From: Acaryochloris thomasi RCC1774
GTDB taxonomy: Bacteria > Cyanobacteriota > Cyanobacteriia > Thermosynechococcales > Thermosynechococcaceae
Assembly: GCF_003231495.1 (NCBI RefSeq)
Contig: NZ_PQWO01000047.1
Location: 1 to 15,912 of the forward strand
Length of the DNA: 15,912 nucleotides
Reading direction: 5' to 3'
Shown here: piece after piece, positions 1 to 8,035 of the stretch
How the letters are laid out: each line of letters starts with the position of its first letter
Position numbering within the stretch: position 1 is the stretch's first letter
The notes under the pieces: generated by a model
Database searches by the model: none
What the model was told of the DNA's origin: nothing
The model's input: only the letters and a program-made list of their open reading frames with translations
Program-made: the position numbers and the translations under genes

Positions 1-294
1 ATCATCAAGACGCCGAACCAACCGATGTATAAACGGTTGTCGGTGCTTGTGATCCAGCTACAAAAGCGCTCCCAGGCGCTGCCGCTTTCGCGACGTTGTA
101 GAACGGTTGTCATAATATGTATTGCGTATGTTTGTTAGGTATGTATGTTGAGCGACATTGAATAAGCTGTCGTCTCTGTAAACTAATGTAACAGAAATAA
201 TTAGAAATTGCAAGTCTGACCTTAGTGCCAAGAGCACTATCGACAAAATGTTAACCTTTGTTAAGGCTTTTACCTTTTCTAGGATTAACTAAAG

Positions 295-1044
295 ATGGCT
301 CGGTCTTCCTCGGCACAGGCAACATCAGAGATTACAGCGGCTGATGCCCAGGCTTTTATTCAATTGAACGGTCTCAGTAAGTCTTTTCAGGAAGGAGTTG
401 CTGACCGGCAAGTTCTTAGAGAAATCACGACCTCCTTTACGGCGGGAGAATTTGTTGTGCTTTTGGGACAAAGCGGGAGCGGTAAAAGTACGCTCCTTAA
501 CTTAGTCAGCGGCATTGAGCGGCCGACAACGGGACGAATCATCATTGATGGCGTTTGTCTCTCTGACTTGAATGAGCGACGATGCACTTTATTCCGTCGC
601 GATCGCATCGGCTTTATTTTTCAATTCTTTAATTTGATTCCGACCTTGACGGTGCTAGAGAACATTACGCTGCCACAAGAGTTAGCAGGCGTGCCCCAAG
701 CAGAGGTGAAAAAGAAAGCAATCGCACTTCTAGAGCGAGTGGGATTGGGCGACCGTGGGGAAACTTTCCCGGATAAGCTCTCGGGCGGACAGCAGCAGAG
801 GGTCGCGATTGCGCGGGCATTGGTTCATGACCCAATGCTGGTGTTAGCAGATGAACCGACCGGGAATCTAGATGAAGAGACAGGGGAGACGGTTCTAGAG
901 CTGCTGCTGGAGCTGACGCGCTCCGCCCATAAAACATTGATCATGGCGACCCACAATCCAGATATTGCTCAGCGGGCCGACCGGGTGCTGCGAATGCACG
1001 ATGGACAATTGGCAGAAGAGACAGTTCAGGATGTTCGCTCATGA
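295..1044 (+). CDS. ABC transporter ATP-binding protein, MacB/LolD-type
   Basis: 249-aa ORF with AGGA about 10 nt upstream of ATG 295. Walker [10 protein letters not shown] (nt 466-492). [18 protein letters not shown] region typical of MacB/LolD-type ATPases. ABC signature [15 protein letters not shown], Walker [15 protein letters not shown]-loop MATHN. The stop overlaps the next start (ATGA at 1041-1044). Confidence 0.92.
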   Translation: MARSSSAQATSEITAADAQAFIQLNGLSKSFQEGVADRQVLREITTSFTAGEFVVLLGQSGSGKSTLLNLVSGIERPTTGRIIIDGVCLSDLNERRCTLFRRDRIGFIFQFFNLIPTLTVLENITLPQELAGVPQAEVKKKAIALLERVGLGDRGETFPDKLSGGQQQRVAIARALVHDPMLVLADEPTGNLDEETGETVLELLLELTRSAHKTLIMATHNPDIAQRADRVLRMHDGQLAEETVQDVRS

Positions 1045-3671
1045 TCGGTACAGAGGCAGCGACAGAACTCCGTAGCTCCAATCGCCCTCTTTGGCGGATG
1101 GCTTGGCGGCGCTTTAGGATGCGATCGCTTCAATATTTTTTGTGTCTAATCGGGGTCGCTCTCGGTGTGGCGATGATGGTGTCCATTGATCTAGCCAATG
1201 GATCGGCGCAGACGGCTTTCGAGTTGTCTACAGATGCGATCGCAGGTCGAGCCACCCATCAAATTGAAGCGCTGGCACCGGCAGGGATCAATGAGTCGGT
1301 GTATACAAAGATCCGGCGGGAGTTAGGGGGCGTGACGGTGGCCCCTATCGTTGACGGCTACGTCCTTGCACCTGACTTGGGTAACCAGCCCATGCGGTTG
1401 GTGGGAGTCGATCTGTTCGCAGAATCTCCCTTTCGCAACTATTTCGTTCCACAGAATCGGACAGTGGGTGAAGCGGGACTCCTCAACTTTTTGACACAGC
1501 CAAATACAGTAGTACTGGGCGCAGACGTGGCCGACCGCTATCAGGTGGCGCTGGGAGATCAAATCACGTTAGATCTCTCGGGGCGGCTGGAAACCGTAAC
1601 CGTTGTAGGAACAGTACAGCCGGAGAGTTCCACTACCCGTCGAGCCTTGAGCAGTTTGCTATTTACGGATATTGCCACGGCTCAGGAAGTTTTGGAGATG
1701 CCGGGGCATCTGAGCCACATCGATTTAATCTCAAGATCTGAGGCGGATTTGGCAGCAGTGGAGCAACTATTGCCGGAGGGGATCCAGCTTGAGACAGCGG
1801 CAGCGCAGAAAAATGCCGTGCGGCAGATGACGGCGGCCTTTCGGCTAAATTTGACGGCCCTAAGTCTGCTAGCGCTGGTAGTGGGAATGTTTTTGATCTA
1901 CAACACGGTCACCTTCAGCGTGGTGCAGCGACGGCCCTTATTCGGCGTGCTGCGCTGCTTGGGAACGACGCCGGGACAGCTATTCGTCTTGATTATGGGT
2001 GAGTCAGCCATCTTAGGCGTGCTCGGTTCCGCAGTGGGATTAGGACTGGGTGTGGTACTGGCCCGCAGCATTGTGGGGTTAATTACCCAGACGATTAATG
2101 ATTTTTACTTTGTCGTCAGCGTGCAGCAGGTCGCTATTTCTTCACTTTCTCTGATCAAGGGATTCAGTATCGGAGTGGCTTCAGCATTACTGGCTTCTCT
2201 GGTTCCGGCATTGGAGGCGATGCAGACCAGCCCGCAGACGATTCTGCAGCGCTCTTCATTAGAGAATAAAGTACAGCGACTGCTGCCTTGGTTGGTTTTG
2301 ACCTGGGGGCTGACGACGGTGGCGGGCATTCTGCTGCTGCGGATGCAGGCAGGTTTAGTGGTGGCGTTTTCGGGCTTGTTCTCAATTTTGTTGGGGGCAG
2401 CGCTGCTGACGCCGCCGATTACCACTGCGCTGATGCGAGTGGTGCAGCCTTTGACTGGGCGGCTAGGCGTTTTGGGACGACTGGCTCCTCGGGATATTAT
2501 TCGATCTTTGAGCCGGACTTCAGTTGCGATCGCAGCTCTCATGGTCGCCGTCTCCGTGATCGTGGGCGTCTCAATCATGGTCGGTTCGTTCCGGGTAACG
2601 GTGGTGCAGTGGCTTGACCAAACGCTGCAGGCCGATATCTATGTGTCCCCCCCCAGCACAACGGCTAATCGGGTCTTAGGGCAGCTCGACCCATCTGTCG
2701 TGGGTGAGATTAAGCGCTGGCCGGGGTTAGAAGAAGTGGTTACCTACAACGACGCCGACGCAACGGTGACGGCATTCAATTATGGCGAAGGACAAGATCT
2801 ATCCACAGTTGAAGTAGACAGACCCGTCAAGCTAATTTCTGCGGGGGGCGATGTTTCACATGGGCAGCGGCCCTACGCTTGGAAGAAAGAGCCGGGGACA
2901 GATCCCTGGGCAGCGCTCGATCGAGGGGAGGGCGTGATTATTTCAGAAGCGTTGATGCTCAAGGCCAGTCTGACAGAGCCGCCGACTTCCATTGTGATCA
3001 AGAGTCCACAGGGACCGCAGACCTTTCCGGTGGTGGCGGTGTTTTACGACTATTCGTCAGATGTAGGGACAATGATTCTGGACGACGATCTGTTTATTCA
3101 AAGCTGGGAAGACGATGGTGTGGCTTCCTTGGGCTTGTTTGCCCAGCCCGGATTTGAAGCAGATGATGTTGTAGACGAGCTGCGACAGCATTTCCAAGGC
3201 CGTACAGATGTGACCATTCAGTCTACGCGTAGCCTCAAAGATGGTTCCATCGAGATCTTTGATCGGACCTTTGCCATTACCCAGGCGCTGCGTTTGCTAG
3301 CCGTGATTGTGGCTTTTATCGGGGTTCTTAGTGCACTGATGAGCCTACAGCTAGAGCGATCCCGTGAAATCGGCATTCTGCGAGCCACCGGTATGACGCC
3401 GCGCCAGCTTTGGGGGTTGACGCTTCTTGAAACAGGACTAATGGGCAATGTTGCGGGGCTATTGGCGATGCCGCTGGGCTACGTGCTGGCCTGGATTTTA
3501 ATCTACGTCATCAACGTGCGATCCTTTGGCTGGACGCTGCAGATGCAGCTTAACCCCAGCTATTTTTGGCAAGCTTGGGCCGTGGCGGTGGTAGCGGCAC
3601 TGCTGGCGGGAATCTATCCAGCTTGGCGCTTGGGACGGGTCACAGTGGCAGCAGCAATTCGAGAAGAGTAA
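1041..3671 (+). CDS. ABC transporter permease, duplicated FtsX/MacB-like (876 aa)
   Basis: ATGA overlap with the upstream ATPase. N-terminal TM helix ([20 protein letters not shown]). Two long extracytoplasmic stretches, each followed by a TM cluster. Each cluster carries an FtsX-type cytoplasmic loop motif ([23 protein letters not shown] and [22 protein letters not shown]). Confidence 0.87.
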   Translation: MIGTEAATELRSSNRPLWRMAWRRFRMRSLQYFLCLIGVALGVAMMVSIDLANGSAQTAFELSTDAIAGRATHQIEALAPAGINESVYTKIRRELGGVTVAPIVDGYVLAPDLGNQPMRLVGVDLFAESPFRNYFVPQNRTVGEAGLLNFLTQPNTVVLGADVADRYQVALGDQITLDLSGRLETVTVVGTVQPESSTTRRALSSLLFTDIATAQEVLEMPGHLSHIDLISRSEADLAAVEQLLPEGIQLETAAAQKNAVRQMTAAFRLNLTALSLLALVVGMFLIYNTVTFSVVQRRPLFGVLRCLGTTPGQLFVLIMGESAILGVLGSAVGLGLGVVLARSIVGLITQTINDFYFVVSVQQVAISSLSLIKGFSIGVASALLASLVPALEAMQTSPQTILQRSSLENKVQRLLPWLVLTWGLTTVAGILLLRMQAGLVVAFSGLFSILLGAALLTPPITTALMRVVQPLTGRLGVLGRLAPRDIIRSLSRTSVAIAALMVAVSVIVGVSIMVGSFRVTVVQWLDQTLQADIYVSPPSTTANRVLGQLDPSVVGEIKRWPGLEEVVTYNDADATVTAFNYGEGQDLSTVEVDRPVKLISAGGDVSHGQRPYAWKKEPGTDPWAALDRGEGVIISEALMLKASLTEPPTSIVIKSPQGPQTFPVVAVFYDYSSDVGTMILDDDLFIQSWEDDGVASLGLFAQPGFEADDVVDELRQHFQGRTDVTIQSTRSLKDGSIEIFDRTFAITQALRLLAVIVAFIGVLSALMSLQLERSREIGILRATGMTPRQLWGLTLLETGLMGNVAGLLAMPLGYVLAWILIYVINVRSFGWTLQMQLNPSYFWQAWAVAVVAALLAGIYPAWRLGRVTVAAAIREE

Positions 3672-3718
3672 GGTCATCAGATATTTGCACAAGCCTTATC
3701 CATTCTTAAAGGATCAGG

Positions 3719-4111
3719 TTAGAGGTTTAATCGCTGTCGCTCTACGATGCGCTCATGAGTATTAAGCTTGAGTAAAGATATGGTGGTGCGCCCTTCTGTG
3801 GTTTTGCTGCTGATCTGGGCATTATGTCGGCTGAAATGATCGTTCCAACATTGCGTCCGAGGATTGAACAGAAAGCTAAAGTTTCCCGTTTCGGGGTCAA
3901 ACGAGCCAAGATCAGTCCCTTTGTGACGATTACAGCGCCAGCACGCGTAGGCCAAATTCTCTGCTGTTGTTTTGCCGCCGTGTTTGCGGGCAATGATGTG
4001 ATCGACTTCATGGGGATAAAAACTGGCATCGTTCGGCAGTAAGCAATATTCACAGCAATAATTGGCCTGATCCTTAACTTGGCGACGGAGTAAGGCGGGA
4101 ATATTTGTCAC
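3719..4111 (-). CDS. HNH (beta-beta-alpha-Me) endonuclease, 130 aa
   Basis: GTG start overlapping the upstream stop (GTGA; plus-strand tcac at 4108-4111). Full HNH signature: C20-x2-C23, H34-E-V-D37-H38, N52, C57-W-R-C60-N61-R-H63-K-G (nt 3920-4057). The C-terminal extension PRTQCWNDHF...GRTTISLLKLN is typical of small stand-alone HNH proteins. Confidence 0.87.
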   Translation of the reverse strand: MTNIPALLRRQVKDQANYCCEYCLLPNDASFYPHEVDHIIARKHGGKTTAENLAYACWRCNRHKGTDLGSFDPETGNFSFLFNPRTQCWNDHFSRHNAQISSKTTEGRTTISLLKLNTHERIVERQRLNL

Positions 4112-4461
4112 GATTCAGCCATTGCTGAGAGATAGGGGAGGTTGCCAGATTTAAGCAAAATAATGAGATGTTCAATCTGTTCATATTCGTCTAACTCTTG
4201 ACATTCCTCTGACGTGATTGTTTCTGCTGCATTCCGATCTAGAAGATATGTCAGACGCTGCTGCATTTCTGTGGTGGGCCGAAAGTCAGCAATCTGATCC
4301 GGGGTGGGCTGGCTAGCAAGAAAGTCGAGAATGTAGCGATAAACTTGAGCAGATAGTGTGGCTGGTTGCAGGCAGCGGCGCAGCAGCTCAGGGATTTGAT
4401 CGCGGATGGGGGCGACTTGTTCCATTAGATCGTCGGGGATTTCAATCGTGAGTGTAGCCAT
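4108..4461 (-). CDS. Small acidic helical protein, putative antitoxin/immunity partner of the HNH nuclease (117 aa; the alternative upstream ATG at 4488 gives 126 aa)
   Basis: The ORF ends 4 nt inside the HNH start. ATG at 4461 is preceded by AGGGAGAAG about 8 nt upstream, whereas ATG 4488 has no SD. The N-terminus MATLTIEIPDDL resembles cyanobacterial antitoxin-like proteins. By hand count there are 20 D/E against 8 K/R. Confidence 0.6.
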   Translation of the reverse strand: MATLTIEIPDDLMEQVAPIRDQIPELLRRCLQPATLSAQVYRYILDFLASQPTPDQIADFRPTTEMQQRLTYLLDRNAAETITSEECQELDEYEQIEHLIILLKSGNLPYLSAMAES

Positions 4462-4632
4462 TGGGTACTTCTCCCTAGCAAATCGCATTTGGTTAGGAGC
4501 ATATGATAGCCCCCTCTATTTTCAGAGTTATCCAGATCTGGCTCTTGGGGTAACATGAGTACCTCCAGGGTAAATTACAAATCTTGTTGTGAGCGAAGCT
4601 GAGCAAACCTATCAGCAATGCAGTGTTGAAAA

Positions 4633-5757
4633 ATGCAAATATTGAAATGGCTAGCAGGACTATCGCTGATCCTGTTGTTAATAGTCTCTCCTGTTTGGGC
4701 AGTAGAGCAGGGAAATGTCCAGTGGTTAGAGCCTGCCGAAACGCCCGCTTTCAAGAAAGCGATCGCACCTGTTCCCCTCAAGTTCCCGCAGGATTTTGGC
4801 CCCCATGAGGACTATCAAACAGAGTGGTGGTATTACACGGGAAACTTAGAGACCGAGACCGGACGACCCTTTGGCTATGAGCTGACACTGTTTCGTCGGG
4901 GTCTAACAACCGGTGAAGCGGAGCCGGGATCCCTGTGGCGCAGTAATCAGATTTATTTTGCACACTTCACCCTCAGCGATATCCAAGATCAGAATTTTTA
5001 TCCGCAGGAGCGCTTTAGTCGAGGAGCCGCCGGTTTAGCCGGAGCACAGGCAGATCCCTATCGGCTGTGGCTTGATGACTGGTCGATTGAAGCCACATCA
5101 CCCGAACAAGTGCAGCTCCAGGCTAAAGGAGAAGAAGTCTCGTTGGATTTGACCCTGTCGCTGACAAAGCCAGTACTCCAGGGCGATCGCGGCTACAGTG
5201 CCAAAGGCTCCGAACCGGGAAATGCTTCTTACTACTATTCGGTGGTTCAACAGCCCACAACGGGCACGGTCACAGTACAGGGAGAAAGCTATCCTGTCTC
5301 AGGCTCGAGCTGGACTGATCATGAGTATTCCACCAGCGCTCTCAGCGAAGGAACCGAGGGCTGGGATTGGTTTTCACTGGAACTAGACGATGGATCTGCC
5401 CTCATGCTCTACGGCTTGCGAACGGCAGACAACAACACGACGCCAGAATCTAACGGCACTTACATTAGCCCTGAGGGAAAGGTCATGCATCTCAACCGCG
5501 AGGATTTTGAGATCGATGTGCTGAAAACTTGGAAAAGTCCACAATCTCAGGCCGTTTATCCAGCCAAGTGGGATATTGCGATTCCTCGATTGGATCTCAA
5601 TGCTAAGGTGTCTCCGTTAATAAACAATCAAGAGCTACTGTTCTCGACAACTTACTGGGAAGGGGCTGTGAAGCTTTCCGGCTCTCGTTCTCAGCAAGTG
5701 ATCAAAGGCAAAGGATATGTTGAACTCACTGGCTATGAGCGAAGCTTGGCACTCTAA
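4633..5757 (+). CDS. Secreted AttH / CrtC-like (hydroxyneurosporene-synthase fold) lipocalin-like domain protein
   Basis: 374-aa ORF with signal peptide MQILKWLAGLSLILLLIVSPVWA/VEQ. The motif HEDYQTEWWYYTGNL...FGYELTLFR is characteristic of the AttH/CrtC N-terminal domain. The C-terminal half is beta-rich. This family is classically linked to MacB-type ABC transporters (Agrobacterium attE-H). Confidence 0.78.
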   Translation: MQILKWLAGLSLILLLIVSPVWAVEQGNVQWLEPAETPAFKKAIAPVPLKFPQDFGPHEDYQTEWWYYTGNLETETGRPFGYELTLFRRGLTTGEAEPGSLWRSNQIYFAHFTLSDIQDQNFYPQERFSRGAAGLAGAQADPYRLWLDDWSIEATSPEQVQLQAKGEEVSLDLTLSLTKPVLQGDRGYSAKGSEPGNASYYYSVVQQPTTGTVTVQGESYPVSGSSWTDHEYSTSALSEGTEGWDWFSLELDDGSALMLYGLRTADNNTTPESNGTYISPEGKVMHLNREDFEIDVLKTWKSPQSQAVYPAKWDIAIPRLDLNAKVSPLINNQELLFSTTYWEGAVKLSGSRSQQVIKGKGYVELTGYERSLAL

Positions 5758-5867
5758 GCTCGGCTGTTTTGTAAAGTACTTCTGTCTTCTTAGAAAAAGA
5801 ATAGATCCCGAAGTTGCCTTTACGATGAGAATGCTTGGAGACTCAAAAAACTCGGATTGTAGTAGTC

Positions 5868-6329
5868 ATGGGCGTAAGCACTAAAAAACGACGGAAGTTG
5901 ACCGTTAATAATCGGCTGTATGTCTGGTATGTCAAGGAAGACTATGACTTTCCCAACTATGTATTGCACGTTTTCTCCGATGACAAACAGTTCATCGTTC
6001 ATTACCACTTGCGACAGTCTAGCGATATAAGGCATATTATCGTTCATGGACCTGATTTTCCGCGTGTAGCTGGCACTGGCGGAGTCTGGCGTCGATTTCG
6101 ATGTCCAGAGTGGGGTATAGAAAATGGTGCAGTAACTCCCCGCACTGTTCGGAATCTGATTGATTGGTGCCAATCGTCAGGCAATACTACAGAAGTTGAT
6201 TATGTTGGTAAAGCCGTCCCGCTCGGTGGTTGTTGTATATCCTGTGGCGTCAATCTTCGTGGCATGATTCCAATCAGCTCAAATTGTTGCCATAAGTGCG
6301 GCTATCCAGTCGCGGAGAGGGCTGGCTAG
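5868..6329 (+). CDS. Hypothetical protein with C-terminal double-CxxC zinc ribbon (153 aa from ATG 5868; TTG 5835 gives 164 aa)
   Basis: Longest ORF in a low-GC stretch. The C-terminus CCISCG-x17-CCHKCGYP forms a 4-Cys ribbon. The N-terminal part (KRRKLTVNNRLYVWYV...LHVFSDDKQFIVHY...VTPRTVRNLIDW) resembles a widespread uncharacterised small-protein family. No clear SD. Confidence 0.5.
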   Translation: MGVSTKKRRKLTVNNRLYVWYVKEDYDFPNYVLHVFSDDKQFIVHYHLRQSSDIRHIIVHGPDFPRVAGTGGVWRRFRCPEWGIENGAVTPRTVRNLIDWCQSSGNTTEVDYVGKAVPLGGCCISCGVNLRGMIPISSNCCHKCGYPVAERAG

Positions 6330-6480
6330 AAGTTTCATTGCATGTATAGATTGGCTTGAGGATCTGAGATCATCCTAACTTGTACAAAATCATCAGAAGT
6401 CACGGCAAACCTTTTAACTGAGAATTATTCCTGCCTACGCTACACTCATGGCTAGCTGGTTCTAGCACAGGAGATCATCA

Positions 6481-7395
6481 ATGGATTTTGCAGGCGCGCT
6501 GCCGGTTTTTGTCATTACTCTTAGAGAAGGGGTCGAAGCAGCACTTGTAGTCGGCATTGTCCTCGCAGCTTTAACCAAAAGTCGCAAAGATGACCTAATT
6601 CCCTGGGTCTATTGGGGTATTTTGGCTGGAATTGGGGGCAGTTTACTGATCGGGCAACTGCTGAGTTGGGGACTTCGTAAAGTTGGAGAAGTTAATCCTC
6701 AGCTACAACCAGTGCTAGAGCCGTTCTTGAAAAGTGGACTTTGTGTGGTTGCGATCGCAATGCTGAGCTGGATGCTGATCTGGATGACCCAGCAATCCCA
6801 ATCCCTCAAAGGAGAGATCGAGAATTCTCTCACGTCCTCGCTACAGAGCAGTGCAGCGGGGTGGGGCGTTTTTACACTGGTGGGCATTGCTGTTCTGCGA
6901 GAGGGTTTTGAAACCGTCCTGTTCATTTTTGCCAATGCACAACAGAACTCAGCTGCATTAGGTGCCGTCCTTGGGTTATCCGGGGCCGTTGGCATTGGCT
7001 TTGCCCTGTTCAAATGGGGAATCAGAATTAACCTGCGTCGATTCTTTCAAGTGATGGGCATTTTTCTACTGCTCATTGTGGCCGGTCTCGTCATTTCTGC
7101 CCTCAAAAATATCGACGCAGCGATCTATGCCCTTAGTCTGCTCAAACCAGCCAATACCCTCTGTTTTTCTACCGATTCCTGCGTTCTGGGAGCGCTCGCC
7201 TGGGATGTCAGCGCCGTTTTGCCCGACAGCCAATTTCCGGGGGTTATCTTCAAAGCCCTGTTGGGATACCGCGACCACCTCTACTGGCTGCAGGTAATCA
7301 GCTATAGTCTATTCTTAACCATCGTTGGTACCTCATACCTTCGGAGCTTAGGTCAACCACCCGCCAAACTTTCGAACCATTCATCAGCATCGTAG
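6481..7395 (+). CDS. FTR1/EfeU-family high-affinity iron permease
   Basis: 304-aa polytopic membrane ORF with AGGAG 7 nt upstream of the ATG. It has the two hallmark REGxE motifs: REGVEA (nt 6523-6540) in TM1 and REGFET in TM4. Confidence 0.88.
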   Translation: MDFAGALPVFVITLREGVEAALVVGIVLAALTKSRKDDLIPWVYWGILAGIGGSLLIGQLLSWGLRKVGEVNPQLQPVLEPFLKSGLCVVAIAMLSWMLIWMTQQSQSLKGEIENSLTSSLQSSAAGWGVFTLVGIAVLREGFETVLFIFANAQQNSAALGAVLGLSGAVGIGFALFKWGIRINLRRFFQVMGIFLLLIVAGLVISALKNIDAAIYALSLLKPANTLCFSTDSCVLGALAWDVSAVLPDSQFPGVIFKALLGYRDHLYWLQVISYSLFLTIVGTSYLRSLGQPPAKLSNHSSAS

Positions 7396-7412
7396 GAACT
7401 TCCCTGAACCCC

Positions 7413-7847
7413 ATGAAAGATCTCGACACCTCAAAGACAACGGCCCTGCTTAACAGCATCATGGAATTTGAGCTGGCTGGTGTGGTTCGCTATACCCACT
7501 ATTCGCTCATGGTTACGGGGCCAAATAGAATTCCCATTGTTGATTTCTTCAAAGCTCAGGCTAGTGAATCACTGCTCCACGCTCAGGAAGCAGGAGAAAT
7601 CATCACGGGTCTAGAAGGACACCCAAGCCAACGCATCTCAACCATTGAAGAAACCCATCGTCACTCAGTCCAAGACCTGCTGCAGGAGAGCCTGAACCAC
7701 GAGCAAAAAGCCCTGCATTTATACAAAGAACTGCTGGATGTTGTAGAAGATGCCAGCATCTACCTAGAAGAATATACGCGCACCAAAATTGGTCAAGAAG
7801 AGATGCACAATCTCGAAATCAAGAAAATGCTCAGGGATTTTAGTTAA
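7413..7847 (+). CDS. Ferritin-like four-helix-bundle protein (bacterioferritin/Dps superfamily)
   Basis: 144-aa ORF 17 nt downstream of the FTR1 gene. It aligns by eye with bacterioferritin: LNSIMEFELAG matches LNKLLGNELVA, and ESLNHEQKAL and QEEMHNLE match the E94 and E127-x2-H130 regions. The first E/H pair has altered spacing (ESLLH), and there is no Met equivalent to the Bfr heme ligand. Confidence 0.72.
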   Translation: MKDLDTSKTTALLNSIMEFELAGVVRYTHYSLMVTGPNRIPIVDFFKAQASESLLHAQEAGEIITGLEGHPSQRISTIEETHRHSVQDLLQESLNHEQKALHLYKELLDVVEDASIYLEEYTRTKIGQEEMHNLEIKKMLRDFS

Positions 7848-8035
7848 CAGAAGCTGGGGGGCCACTTAATACTGTCTCCCCTCAATGGACTGCTTGTCAT
7901 GCGAAAGAGAGGCTGACCGTAACCCAGTCAATTGCAGGCATTATTGAGTAGCTTCGTTCCCCAAAATCGGGTCCAGAGAGCTGGAGTGATTTTGATATGG
8001 TAGATGGAAGCTTTTAGCAATCTGGGCTTAAGAAT

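Noticed and set aside
19-39. Hairpin CAACCG-N9-CGGTTG at the window start, possibly a terminator of an upstream off-window gene
   Set aside because: The stem is only 6 bp with no following T-tract, and the upstream gene is not visible. It cannot be supported.
58-246. 62-aa minus-strand ORF in the first intergenic region
   Set aside because: It has a TTG start, no SD, AT-rich low-complexity sequence and an implausible peptide. It is more likely the promoter or leader region of the ABC operon.
251-289. TTAAC-N4-GTTAA palindrome (251-264) plus a third TTAAC (285-289) upstream of the ABC ATPase gene, a possible operator
   Set aside because: 5-bp AT-rich half-sites are expected by chance in an AT-rich leader. 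I recognise no known regulator motif.
1323-3692. Seven overlapping or antisense ORFs inside the permease gene (1323-1562, 2105-2578, 2164-2385, 2288-2617, 2879-3157, 3218-3448, 3498-3692)
   Set aside because: These are shadow ORFs typical of GC-rich coding sequence. Their peptides are Arg/Ser/Pro/Gly-rich and lack motifs, and the permease frame has clear family signatures.
3742-4053. 103-aa minus-strand and 72-aa plus-strand ORFs overlapping the HNH gene
   Set aside because: The HNH frame carries a complete catalytic motif. The alternatives have no features.
3717-4496. GGTTAG hexamer at both borders of the HNH cassette (3717-3722 and 4491-4496), a possible target-site duplication
   Set aside because: A 6-nt match within flexible windows has a high chance probability (order 0.1-0.5). 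No inverted repeats or recombinase are present.
4575-4963. Small ORFs (4575-4781 minus, 4623-4808 plus, 4778-4963 minus) around the AttH-like gene start
   Set aside because: They overlap the well-supported signal-peptide-bearing AttH-like frame and have no independent support.
5820-6173. 117-aa minus-strand ORF antisense to the zinc-ribbon gene
   Set aside because: The plus-strand frame is longer and has a structured Cys4 ribbon. The minus-strand peptide is low-complexity.
6359-6376. Inverted repeat AGGAT-N8-ATCCT after the zinc-ribbon gene, a possible terminator
   Set aside because: The stem is only 5 bp and no U-tract follows.
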